From positions 59,396,001-59,460,000 of the forward strand of contig OX597828.1 of the NCBI GenBank assembly GCA_951406725.2: a stretch of DNA of 64,000 nt, written 5' to 3'. The stretch comes from Octopus vulgaris (taxonomy: Eukaryota). Each line of letters starts with the position of its first letter. Positions within the stretch are counted from its first letter, which is position 1. The notes below the pieces were generated by a model that ran no database searches, was not told where the DNA came from, and saw only the letters and a program-made list of their open reading frames with translations. Below, in pieces: positions 26,166 through 38,725 of the stretch. The translations under genes and the position numbers were made by a program.

Positions 26166-26499
26166 AATATTATACCTTTCAATGTTAATTTATGTTCTCA
26201 ATGGTTAATTGCAAAGTATCCCTTAAGCTACAAACTGTATTAGTAACTTGTTATGCTAGATAATTGCATAAATTAACAATTCATATGTGAGATGTTGAAC
26301 GAAATCTGTTTGAAACAAGAAACTGTAAATGTATAATAGAGCAGAAAGATCTCTGCATCTTAATTGTGGGTAAAGAAAGATGTATTTGAAATGGTCAAAA
26401 GTTTGCTCTGAAAGGCGCATTTGCTCGAGTTCCATCAGTGGTCCAGTAACTGGCTTTAATATATATGTATGCATACGTTCTTTTCTAGCTTTTATTATA

Positions 26500-27760
26500 T
26501 AAGATATATCTGTAAGAAAGAAGCTTGCTTCTAACAATGTTATGAAGTTTCATCGCTGGAATGTAGGTAAAAGAAACAACAAAACAATGTCATAGTTTGA
26601 ACTTGAGAACATTCTTGCTTGTTTTTAGTCTTCCGCTTACAAATTGTATTTATAATGTGTGTGTTAGCTTGTTGATTTCTTAGACATTTACTAAAAAATT
26701 CAAGTGCACCAATTACTATCGGTATAAATGTAAATTTAAAATCTGTATATAAAAACAGAAGGTTTCGAAGCAGTTGTCCGTATTTATCCACTTTCTCTTT
26801 GATTTTCGAGGAGATTTTCATATAACAAGGATTACTATCCTTAATGACGGTGTATACATTTCTTGTCTGTTCCAACTATATCCGGCTTGTTATGTCGACT
26901 TTATTGTTGAACAGGAAAATCTGTCGAACAGGAAAAAAGTCGAATGTTGAGTGAATATTCCTTGCGTTGACGCATATGTATGTATTAGGCTGCATTTCAT
27001 GCTAATATTAGTGTCATCTTCAATTCTTTTTTTTTTTTTGTATGCTGTGCGTTTCAAATTTAAGTCTTTGAAGTATGTTAGTCCATCTGATCTTGGATTG
27101 TATGGGAGTTTGTCAGGAAGAGTACTTCCTGAGCAGCTCACTGCTGACACGTAAGATGTTCTCTTCGTTTTTCGGCAACAGGCTTCTGTATGATTTTTGC
27201 TTTGATGCTTAGCAGGTACTATCTGAGAGAGGCTACACGACACTGGAAGCCTGTCTGCACTGCTCTCAAGCCTCTGCCTCCTCCATCTCTTCTTAGATAA
27301 GTTCCTACCTTTATCACTGTTTCTGTAGAGGTTTCCAGGGGATGTCAGAATATTGCGGGTTTCAATGTCTATGAATTGGATATCGTCTATTGACCAGTCA
27401 AGTGTTTCAGATATTGGTATCACGACTGATACTAGGAATTTATTGTGGATCACTCTTTTGTAAGAGAATATATTTTTCTAAGTTTGTGCAATATTCTTAT
27501 GCCACTCAACTTTTGTTCGCTGCACTTTCGTATATGTTTCCATCAATTTCTAGGTATTTACAGCATTTTATGTGTAGAAAAGGGGAGAAAGAGAGATCAT
27601 TGATGCATATCTTCTGGGTTTGAGGGGCAGATTTTCCAGTTCAACAATAAAATACGAACATTTCGTTTGGCCAAATTCCACTTTTGTGTCAGCTTAAGAT
27701 ATTAACTCCAGCCCCACCTTTTTTTTTGGCGTTGTAAATATTTTAACACAGATCTGATGA
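26500..27760 (-). mobile_element. Highly degenerate Dong/R4-clade LINE
   Basis: KVDKYGQLLRNL.FLY.DFKFTFIPIVIGAL; upstream LDWS..IDIETRNILT and gtggaatttggccaaacgaaatg (like FGLDKC). Confidence 0.65.
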
Positions 27761-28219
27761 TCCTTAAAAGAAATCATAGGTTACACTGGTAATACTAGCA
27801 GTTTCAGCCCCTAGCGCATATCTATTGGGGTTTTGTAAAAGAAATGATAATGGTTTTAACTTTAAAAAATATACAAAATCAGAGAAAGATTATTTTCTTG
27901 TAATATTCTGTTTGAAATATTTATAAGACCGGAGTCGATCATTCCGATCTCTACTGTAAGTGTGAGGAATATTGTCCAGGCCTTTGCGTGCCTTTCAATG
28001 GCAGTGACTAAGTTGGCAGCTACTTTTAAAAAGTGCAGAAACTTCGGCAAATTTAGTGTGGAATACAATCGAATACTTTCCTATAACCAAAGCCAGGCAG
28101 TCAAAAGGTTCCTGTGGTGTGTTCTTATTTCGAACAGCATAGAATTGTTTCTGAAAAACTGTTCACCACACCCCTACGCTCTCTTCTTTCTACTGCACAA
28201 GCCGGCTCATCATATATGT

Positions 28220-28268
28220 CAATGTGCCTTATATGCCCATGCGCCTTATAAGCCCAAAAATACGATTG
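28220..28268. mobile_element. Probable pogo/Tigger-type TIR remnant
   Basis: gtgccttata..gcgccttataagcccaaaaatacg resembles the GCGCCTTATAGTCCGAAAAATACGGTA-type terminus. Confidence 0.35.
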
Positions 28269-28439
28269 CATCTGATGATTCCATGTGCTCTGTAATAAAA
28301 TTTTTAAAGATATTTAATATAACAGCTATTGGCTTAATACAACAGCTATTGTGTAATGACATTGTTTTCGGAGAAATAACCGGTTTCGCATTTTTTCAAA
28401 TCTCTCAAATTCCTTTACCGATACATACATACATACATA

Positions 28440-28487
<48 letters not shown>

Positions 28488-29062
28488 ACACACACAGAGG
28501 CACACACACACACACAGACTCACACACACACACAGGCACACACACACAAATACACACACACACGCATACACATATATGTATGTGTGTATATATTTTAAAA
28601 GTCGATGCGAAACTTACTTCTTCCAGTTTTACTAAGTACCTGAATTCTTTATCAGAACGTCGATAACCTTTTTGGAAGAAGTTTCTCTCTAGTGTGCACC
28701 AGCGCTTTCGATTATCTTTTCAAACACACGTGTTCTTGGATAGTGTATGAAAGAGGAAGTTGTTATTTCCGTAGTAGAGGTAGTATTAACTATTTCCAGT
28801 TTAATTTCGGACTTAGGATTTTATAAAGTATTTTTCCTTTGTCTTTCATAGTTGGACATTTTTATCCAATACTTTGTAAGAAAGGAATGTGTAAATATCC
28901 TTTTATCATTGCTTATCATTTGAAGTGCCGATTATTTTCGGTTTACCTTCGGATTTAGAATTCTTATAGAGTACTTTCTTTTGCCTTTCGTAGTTGATCA
29001 TTTTCATCTTTTATTTTGTGAAATAGGAATGTTTTATACACACACACACACACACACACACA

Positions 29063-29150
<88 letters not shown>

Positions 29151-29321
29151 GGCGTAGGAGTGGCTGTGTGGTAAGTAGCTTGCTTACCAACCAGATGGTT
29201 CCGAGTTCAGTCCCACTGCGTGGCATCTTGGGCAAGTGTCATCTACTATAGCCTCGAGCCGACCAAAGCCTTGTGAGTGGATTTGGTAGACGGAAACTGA
29301 AAGAAGCCCGTCGTATATAGG

Positions 29322-29352
<31 letters not shown>

Positions 29353-29356
29353 GTAC

Positions 29357-29394
<38 letters not shown>

Positions 29395-29590
29395 GTGTGT
29401 GTATATGTTTGTGCGTCTCTGTTCGTTCTCCCAGCATCGTGTGTTTACGTCCCCGTAACATAGCGGTTCGGCAACAAAGTCCGATAGAATAAGTACTAGG
29501 CTTACAATGAATAAGTCCTGGGGTCGATTTGTTCGACTAAAGGCGATGCTCCAGCATGGCTACAGTCAAATGACAGAAACAAGTAAAAGA
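29151..29590 (+). mobile_element. SINE family C, full length
   Basis: Head ggcgtaggagtggctgtgtggtaag, GAGTTCAGTCC box, internal (TA)n and LINE-like tail; flanked by (TA)n. Confidence 0.88.
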
Positions 29591-29640
<50 letters not shown>

Positions 29641-29758
29641 GAAAAATGAATGGAAATGGCTTTTCTGTTAATTTTTCCACTTAAATAATTAGATGTAAAC
29701 TTATCAAATTACTGAAGTGGAAGAATTATCAGAAAAGCCATTTCTATTAATTCTTTCC
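29641..29758. repeat. ~120-bp foldback (mini-MITE-like)
   Basis: aatggaaatggcttttctgttaatttttccactt pairs with aagtggaagaattatcagaaaagccatttctatt. Confidence 0.7.
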
Positions 29759-29999
29759 AATATATAATACTGTACCAAGAATTTTTATTTCTTATTCTAC
29801 TACATGTTTTTGTGTGTGTGTGTGTGTGTGTATGTGTGTGTGTTTGTGTGCGTGTGTCACACACATGTAGATTTTTGATAATCAGTTATCCACATGTTCT
29901 ATCAATACATTATTTTAACAGTTGAGTTCAGTTTATCCCTACTTGTAACTAACATGCATACGCAAAACTCTGGGAACCAATCCAGTGAAATATTATCTG

Positions 30000-30094
30000 G
30001 TTTATAATAAATATTATAAATTGTTATTAATTGTTATAAATTGTTATAAATTGTTATAAATTGTTTATAATAAATATTATAAATTGTTATTAAT
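30000..30094. repeat. AT-rich 10-bp minisatellite (TTGTTATAAA)n
   Basis: Direct reading. Confidence 0.75.
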
Positions 30095-30130
30095 CCGTCA
30101 ACCTCTTTTCTCCCTCACCCCTATCTCTCT

Positions 30131-30193
<63 letters not shown>

Positions 30194-30322
30194 TATAAAA
30201 ATGCGCATGTGATGCTATATATAAACATCGTTAAACGCGACTATGCCAGGATACCCACATCGTTAGAAATAAGAGCTAAAAGTTGTAACGTCGTAGGAAA
30301 GGCACATGTGTGTGTATGTATG

Positions 30323-30360
<38 letters not shown>

Positions 30361-30465
30361 ATCCAAACAAGAAAACACAGAAAAAAAGAGAAAAAAACAC
30401 AGCAACGCAGGACGTGGAACAATTAAAGTATTATTGACGCTCAGGAAAGAAGGGAAGGAAGGAAG

Positions 30466-30500
30466 GTTTAACGTTTCGAGCGGAGCTCTTCGTCGGAAAC
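30466..30500 (-). ncRNA. Minimal type I hammerhead-like motif (variant core CCGACGA plus extra A)
   Basis: GUUU-CCGACGA-A-GAGC-UCC-GCUC-GAA-ACGU-U-AAAC: stems I and II pair and stem III is the palindrome ACGU. Confidence 0.55.
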
Positions 30501-30588
30501 AAGGGAGAAGGAAAGATCCCAAGGAGGGAAGACAGAGGCGAAAATATTTGAGCTGGTGGTGCTCAAGAGATCACATATATATATAAAT

Positions 30589-30629
<41 letters not shown>

Positions 30630-30638
30630 CAGACACAC

Positions 30639-30695
<57 letters not shown>

Positions 30696-30752
30696 AATAA
30701 ATATATATATATGCTTAAAGGGGCTGCAATCGCCCAAAACACCGCTCCGAGA

Positions 30753-30815
30753 ATGCCTTAGACTGAACGTTCAGTTTCGGCTATCTCCTATATCTGTAGC
30801 CTTCTCAATAAGCAC
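30753..30815 (-). ncRNA. Type I hammerhead ribozyme motif with U3:A8 core
   Basis: GUGCUUA-UUGAGAA-GGCUA-(13 nt)-UAGCC-GAA-ACUGAACGUUCAGU-C-UAAGGCAU; all three stems pair and the triplet is GUC. Confidence 0.75.
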
Positions 30816-32239
30816 CGTTTGTTCCGGGCTTTATCCCCTGTCAGCATATATGTATTTGTCATAAAATATTATGGATGATTTAGCGGATCGCTAATGTGGA
30901 TACAATAATTAATATAAATAGCTAATCGCAATGTGATACTCTAATGGAAAAACATAAACATCGCTAAATGCAACTAAATGTGTCAAGACACTTACATTGC
31001 TAGAAATAAGACCTAAAACGCTCTAATGCTTTAGGAAAAGCACATAAATGTATACATGTATGCTTACTAGGGCAGCAATCATGCAAAACTCCGAACTGCT
31101 TCTTATTTAAGATGTTTATTGCAGAAATGGTAAAGATGTACACACAAAAGTTCAGGGAGTGTTCAACACACTCGGATCCACAGCCCTTTGCAGCTGCACA
31201 CAATTACAGCAACCAGAATCCTTAGAACCGGTGGAAATATCTGGCAGTATATGAATTATCGAACACCTAACAGTTGAGAGGGCTCAGAGAGTTTTCCTCA
31301 AAATAGGTGTCTCAACTCACCACTAAAGACACATAAACATGGATTTTCAGCGAAGACGATTTCAGATTTAAAAGCAAGGGATTATGTGGAAGCATTGCAT
31401 TGAAAACCTTTAATGTTCTTGAAATAAGAAACAGGATGACCGTACGTAATATTCTTTTCCAAGGATTTCCTCTCATGTCTATGAGCATTAAAAATGAAAT
31501 ATTTTTGTTCAAATGACGTATACGTGTTCAAATATTTGTTTTACATTAAATGAAATATAGTTATAGAAAGAAAATACAAAGAATAAAAACTTACTGATAC
31601 AAAGTTTAAAATTGTAAGAGCCTAGCGAGACCCAAAAATAGTCTCCTCCTTGGTGTCTCAGAATAATGACTACTCTATTATTTTTGCCACCCTCTACGTA
31701 TTTACAGACAGCGCAACACATTATTTTTTTCGATTACAATATATTGTGTGATCTACTCCCATTTTTATTTTTGTCTCGTGAGGTAAATTATTACCATGTA
31801 ACAAACAAACACTAAATAATCAATAATCTCAGTTCAACAGACATAAAATATTTACTCTTTTTTCCTTCGTTGGCTGTTTACGTATCCACTTTACGCTGGA
31901 TATCAAAAATAGGTTATATTTTTTCTGTCTTCCATGAAGTCATTGATGTAAAAGCTGTCTGTCGGCTGAGTCGATAAAACAAAAAGAAAATATCCGATAT
32001 ACAAGTTAACCGTCGATATATATAGATATAGAATTTAGTATCAAATATATACCTTTTGTTTCTTATGAAACAACACCAAATTACAAGCATCAAGACAGAA
32101 TATATATTCTGATAAACAATATACAAACTAATAAAGACAGAGAATATACAGTAGATCAAATATATACCGAGTATAACCACTATGCTATCATATATATATA
32201 TATATTATGCATATGTGTATATACATATATTTATGTATA

Positions 32240-32279
<40 letters not shown>

Positions 32280-32321
32280 CATACATACATACACACATAC
32301 ATACATACATACATACATACA

Positions 32322-32355
<34 letters not shown>

Positions 32356-32361
32356 CATACA

Positions 32362-32405
<44 letters not shown>

Positions 32406-32456
32406 TCGGGGTTAATACAGTAAGTAATACTCAATACATAAGAGTAAAATAATTTA

Positions 32457-32556
32457 TTATATAGAAGGAACAGATAGTACTGTTTCATTCAAGAGAAATC
32501 TTCAGGAAGATTTCTCTGAATGAAACATACTAGTCCTGTAAAGCTCCTTCTATATA
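32457..32556. repeat. ~100-bp palindrome between (TA)n tracts
   Basis: tgtttcattca-agagaaatcttc/gaagatttctc-tgaatgaaaca, with outer arms tatagaagga/tccttctata. Confidence 0.75.
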
Positions 32557-32558
32557 AT

Positions 32559-32606
<48 letters not shown>

Positions 32607-33201
32607 AGAACATACTAATCCGAAATAAATATGGCCACGAAAGTGAACTCTCAGGAAATATTTTTCTCCCCTTCTCTCTCTTTCTCTTACTCTCATTCTC
32701 ACACACTCTTCAAGTAAAAAGAAACAAAGTGATGAAAATAAGATTGAGACAGTTAAAGAAAGAGAGAAAGAATTAAGATAAAACATTGAAGAGAGTCAGA
32801 GAGGGATAAGTGATATAAAATCTCTTCTGATCACAATATACATACAAATCCAGTAACACAGTTATGAAGTAATTTTATCTGAATGTATTGTTCTAGGAAG
32901 TGGATTTTCATTCTTATTCCTGATTTTTATTAATTATTTTACCAGTTTTCGTTTTCGTTGCTGTTGATTTGTTGATAATTTTCTCTGAAATACTTTAGGT
33001 TCTTTTGATGCAGATATATCTTTGCTTCCAGGATTGCTTATCGACCTTTCTGTCTGTATCTCTCCTAAATTGCATGTATATCTGGAAGTTTTATACTCAC
33101 ACATATGCACACAGACGCTCGCACATACATACATACATACATACATACATACATACATACATACATACATACATACATACATACATACATACATACATAC
33201 A

Positions 33202-33259
<58 letters not shown>

Positions 33260-33262
33260 ATC

Positions 33263-33498
33263 TTTCACTTCAAGCCAAATTAATACACTAAAGTTAATTA
33301 CGCACGCCAGATTTCCCGTCGAAAAAAGTACGTGGTGACATCTTTTAAGTTTATTTCCAATCGACTCTGACAAACAAAAAGAACCGTTTTTCTTTTCTTT
33401 TTTGAAAGAAAACCTCTTCGTATAGGGAGAAGATTTTGGAACTTCTACCTCTTATAAGATTAGTACCGCTTTTCATTTATTTATTTTACCGTAATTCA
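33263..33498 (-). repeat. ~235-bp repeat, inverted partner of 21420-21649
   Basis: Reverse-complement match. Confidence 0.85.
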
Positions 33499-34103
33499 TG
33501 TGCCCCATCCTGCTGAAAATAAAATTGCACATCTTCAAAGTTGAATGCTTATCATGATAGATTATCGCAGCAAGTTCAAGTGAATGGGACCTATCAGAGG
33601 TACCATCAAACCAGAATGTTTCACTTAATCCTTTTGAAGGTAAGCTTTTGATGATTACCATACTGTAATATGCAGACTTTCAGGGCGTTAGTAGATGCAA
33701 AGCTGGTGTTTAATAGAGCCATTTTATTTTAATGAAGCTTCATCTCTCCAAATAATCTGTGATGGAAAATATGTATCCTCTGTATATCCTGCCAAACTCC
33801 GTTCTTTGGTTTGGCTCCTCTTTATTCAGAGAATATTCTTGGAATGTAACGTGTACAAAGACAGCGCTTTAAACTATGATGGCCACTTCAATTTGAAACT
33901 GCTATTTCACGACCCACGTAAAAGATTTTTGTACTTTAGAAAATACATTTATAGGAAGGTGAGTCCTGTTCGTAGATTTCTTTGTAACCCCCCCCCCCCC
34001 CTTAAATTTTTGTCTTTGCAGTTCGATTGCGTTTTCAATCTGCTATCAGCAGTTCTATAAACATTTTTATTGTTCAAAAGCTTAGTCTAGTATACATCAT
34101 TGC

Positions 34104-34152
<49 letters not shown>

Positions 34153-34154
<2 letters not shown>

Positions 34155-34378
34155 CTTTACTACCCACAAGGGGCTAAACACAGAGGGGACAAACAAGGAC
34201 AGACAAAGGGATTAAGTCGATTACATCGACCCCAGTGCGAAACTGGTACTTTATTTATCGACCCCGAAAGGATGAAAGGCAAAGTCGACCTCGGAGGAAT
34301 TTGAACTCAGAACGTAACGACAGGCGAAATACCGCTAAATATTGCGCCCGGCGCGCTAACGCTCCTGCCAACTCGCCT
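34153..34378 (-). mobile_element. SINE family B
   Basis: Reverse complement of the 25938-26165 family. Confidence 0.88.
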
Positions 34379-34393
34379 TATATATATATATAT

Positions 34394-34498
34394 GCGAGTT
34401 GGCAGGAGCGTTAGCGCGCCGGGCGAAATATTTAGCGGTATTTCGCCTGTCGTTACGTTCTGAGTTCAAATTCCTCCGAGGTCGACTTTGCCTTTCAT
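34394..34498 (+). mobile_element. Inverted partial copy of the adjacent SINE B head
   Basis: Near-perfect reverse complement of 34273-34377. Confidence 0.88.
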
Positions 34499-34643
34499 AT
34501 GTGTGTGTGTATGTATATACATATATACATATACATACAAACATATATATACATATATATATATACACACACATATATATATATATATACACACATATAT
34601 ATATATATACATATGTACATACATATATATATACACACACACA

Positions 34644-34684
<41 letters not shown>

Positions 34685-34893
34685 TACATATATACATATA
34701 TATATACATATATATATACAAAGATACATACATATATATATACATATATACACATATATACATATATATATATATAGATAGGTAGATAAATATATAGATG
34801 TGTGTTTATTTGTGTACGTGTGTGAATGTATTTGTTAATGCAATTGAAACAATTGTTGGATGTTTTAGGAGTGATCGTGCATAGTACTGATCT

Positions 34894-34946
<53 letters not shown>

Positions 34947-34949
34947 AGT

Positions 34950-35272
34950 GAAGCCATGTTGCTTAGCGGATGGGGTATTCGGTCTCACGATCGCAAGATC
35001 CTGAGTTCAATTCTCGGTATCGCCTGGTATCATTGAGCAAAACACTCTATTTCACGTTGATGCAGGTCACTCAGCTGGCAAAAATGAGTAGTATTTGTAT
35101 TTCAAAAGGCCAGCTTTGTCACACTCTTTGACTCGCTGAATCTCCTTGAGAACTACGTTAACTGTACACGTGTCTATGGATCGCTCAGGTACATCTACGT
35201 AAACTTCACGAGCCGGCTGATCCATTGATCGGATCAACTGGAACCCTTGTCGTCGTACCGATAGAGTGCCAG
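34950..35272 (+). mobile_element. tRNA-derived SINE family D
   Basis: GAGTTCAATT box, cactcagctggcaaaaatgag and ggaaccct.gtcgtcgta tail; inverted relative to 38408-38725. Confidence 0.8.
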
Positions 35273-35344
<72 letters not shown>

Positions 35345-35350
35345 TGCCAG

Positions 35351-35395
<45 letters not shown>

Positions 35396-36191
35396 ACAAA
35401 TATATATATTTAAGACAAACCTCTGCTGAAGATTTATGGATGTTGTGTAAGTAAAATTGCATATTCCATTAATAATGAAACAATTGTTCAGGGTTAATCT
35501 ATTTTTTCGTTGTGTTTCACTTACCTTACGTTAAATGTAGTGGTATATCTTCTTGGAAACAACCTTTAGTGGCTATACCATTAGCGGAGCTATTTTTAGC
35601 ACTAGAGTGAACCACATAGTGGTCACTCTCTAATATTTACGTATAAATTTGTATTTTTCCCTTGGTTTTTATGTGCTAAGCCACTTGGTGTTAAATTTAT
35701 GGTATTATTAAATTAATATCAAATTTTTCACCCTCATTTATAATACAATATATATTTATAATACAAGATGCGACAAGAACGCAAGGCATCAGACAACTAG
35801 GTGATACAAAAGGGACAACAAAACATCCAGATAAAAGATACGAAAAAAACAAAGGTTCATTCGAAGCTTTTTATCTCCAGTTAAGAACCGGATCATCCTC
35901 GCAATTTCGGCTGATTACTCTTGAGATTGCTCCAATCTGGCCAGCCCCAAGGAAAGACTAAGCTAAGAGCATTAGATTCCTTGGGCTATTCCGGACGAGA
36001 AATATAACTGAAACTAACAAGTTTATTTTGGCTGCAGCTATGGTTACTGAAGACAGAGATGGATACAAGACAAGAGAACAAACAGAACGTAACGAACCAT
36101 ACTGGCGTAGACGAGTTTGTGACGAAGTTAAAAAGACATTTAGAATGAAGTTGAAAGATTGAGTAGAGAGGAATTGCAGAACGAAAGCATA

Positions 36192-36533
36192 AGCGCATGG
36201 CTCAGTGGTTAGAGCGTCGAGCTTACGATCGTGAAGTTGTGAGCTCGAATCCCGGACCGGGCTGCGTGTTGTGTTCTTGAGCAAGGCACTTTATTTCACG
36301 TTGCTCCAGTTCACTCAGCTGTAGAAATGAGTTGCGACGTCACTGGTGCCAAGCTGTATCGACCTTTGTCTTTCCCTTGAATAAAACACTGGTGGCGTGG
36401 AGAGGGGAGGCCGGTATGCATGGGCGACTGCTGGTCTTCCATAAACAACCTTGCCCGGACTTGTGTCTAGGAGGGTAACTTTCTAGGTGCAATCCCATGG
36501 TCATTCATGACCGAAGGGGGTCTTTACCCTTTA
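36192..36533 (+). mobile_element. SINE family A
   Basis: Colinear with 5153-5482. Confidence 0.87.
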
Positions 36534-36539
36534 ATTCTA

Positions 36540-37137
36540 GAGAGAAGATATAGAATAAGAGATGAAGGCTATGATGTGATATTGGAAGAATTGAAACTAA
36601 GAGTAGTAACAATCAAAGCAAAACTGGAAAATTATCAAAATAGAACAAAACAATTCAGGTAAAACATATTGTTTGAAGCAAATCAGGAAACAAAAATTAT
36701 TTCAGAAACTAGATGGGCAAATACACGTAACAATGAAACCAGATGCAGAGGAAAGCAAGGCATTCTGGAAAGGGATCGGAGACCAACCTGAAGAGCATTA
36801 GCGCATAATGATGAACCGAGTGGCTGCATAGAATCTAAGATACGTTAAGAAATATAGAAGGCCACGAAGGCATATGAAAATAGTACAGAAATAATATTAA
36901 AAAAAAAACAGTTAATAAAATTCTCACATTTGAAGAGTCCAGGACCGGATGGGGTCCAAAGTTATAGGATGAAAAAGCTGAGAAGGTCCATGAGAGGATA
37001 GCGAAACAGCCTGATGAGTGCTTGCAGGAAGGAAGAGTATCCAGCTGGATAACAAAGGGAAAGACATTGTTATGTGCCAAAGATTCTGAAAAGGGAAATG
37101 TTGCATCCAACTTTCAACCAATCACGTGTCTTCCGTG
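36540..37137 (+). mobile_element. Dong/R4-clade LINE internal fragment (region N-terminal to RT)
   Basis: Reads like LF..NQ..F, PDAEESKAFWKGI, KSPGPDGVQ, WITKGKTLLCAKD.EKGNVASNF.PITCL; it ends at the mariner insertion. Confidence 0.75.
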
Positions 37138-37152
37138 ATATATATATATATA

Positions 37153-38378
37153 TTGGGTTGGCAATTAAATTCCCGCCGTTTTTTAAAATATAAATTTTTT
37201 AAAGGTTTCATAAAAAAATATCAACTAATTAATCAATAATGTATTCACCCTTGTTGTTTACAACTTCTTCCCAACGTTCAACAAGATTTTCAAGACCTCG
37301 TTGGTAGAAATCAATCGATTTCGACTCGAAAAATTGTTTCGACCAAGCTCTCAATTCTGCATCAGTATTGAACGAAACTCCGCGCATAGCATTTGAAATA
37401 AATCGATAAAGAGGGAAATCCGTTGGTGCCAAATCAGGAGAATACGACGGGTGTGGCAGCACTTCCCAGCCATACGTTTGAATGACCAAGGAAGGCATTC
37501 AAACGCATGGCTGGGAAGTGCAGCAGAAAACTCCATGCTGCCGATTTGGTCTTTTCTCTTGAATAGCCGTGTTGAGTCGTTCCATCTGTTGAAAATAGAG
37601 TTCCGGGTTGACCGTTTAGTTCCGTTCAAGCAATTCTTAATGGATAATCCCTTTCCAGTCCCACCATACGCACAACATCGTTTTACGCGGATGAAGATCT
37701 TGCTTCAGGTGCGGTGTCGCTTGTTTACCGGGGCTGAGCCATTCCTTACACTGCTTCATATTGATGTACAGGCACCAGTTTTCGTCGCCAGCAAGCAAAC
37801 CAGCGGAGACTGTGGCTCGTTGATTTTCATTGCTGTCACTTAAAGCGTGCGGAACCCATGCATACTTCTGAATATTTTCCATCGAGTGAAGTTGCTTCTC
37901 TATATCAGTGTGGGAGCATTCCATTTTCTCTGCCAGTTCCCTTGTCGTTTGAAGATAATTTTCGTGCAAAAGTTGGTTTAATCGCTCTTCATCGAACTCA
38001 ACTGGACGGCCAGAACGAGGTGCGTCTTTGAAGTCAAAATTTCCATGTTTGAACTTGGCATACCAATCACGAGCGATTCTTTCACCTATGACACCCTCTC
38101 CATACACAGCACAAATATCGTGAGCAGCTTTTGCGGCCTTAGAACCTTGATTAAAAGCAAAAAGAAGGAGATGTCGAAAATCCTCGTTTTTCTTAACTTG
38201 ACATTCCATTTTAATGATCTGAAAATAAACAAAAATTAACTAAAATTAACTAGAAAAGAGAAACAAAACAAAATAGATTCCAAAATGATTCAAAAATAGA
38301 AATCTCGAAAAAAAAAATTCTAAAATTAAAAAATTCCAAATTAAAAAAAAAACGGCCTTAACTTAGTTGCCAACCCAA
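37153..38378 (-). mobile_element. Full-length mariner (D,D34D) transposon fossil
   Basis: TIRs ttgggttggcaa(t/c)taa at both ends, with TA on the left and TG on the right. Motifs W..KF..GNFD.KDAPRSGRP, WVPHAL, GDENW, MLCVWWD and HPSYSPDLAPTDF; frameshifts and an internal deletion. Confidence 0.93.
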
Positions 38379-38407
38379 TGTATATATATACATATATATA
38401 TCTTAAA

Positions 38408-38725
38408 AGACTCCGCCGGTTACGACGACGAGGGTCCCAGCTGATACGATCAACGGAACAGCTTGCTCGTGAAATTAACGTGCAAATGGCTGAGCATTCC
38501 ACAGACACGTGTACCCTTAACGTAGTTCTCGGGGAAAATCAGCGTGACACAGAGAGTGACAAGGCTGACCCTTTGAAAATACAAGTACAACTCATTTTTG
38601 CCAGCTGAGTGGACTGGAGCAACGTGAAATAAAGTGTCTTGCTCAGGGACACAACGCGTCGCCGGGAATCGAACTCACAACCTTACGATCATGAGCCGAA
38701 TGCCCTAACCACTAAGCCACGCGCC
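38408..38725 (-). mobile_element. SINE family D
   Basis: Head ggcgcgtggcttagtggttaggg (A box) and GAGTTCGATTC (B box). Confidence 0.87.

Noticed and set aside
27962-28666. 234-aa ORF
   Set aside because: No domain signature; it runs through a TIR remnant and (CA)n.
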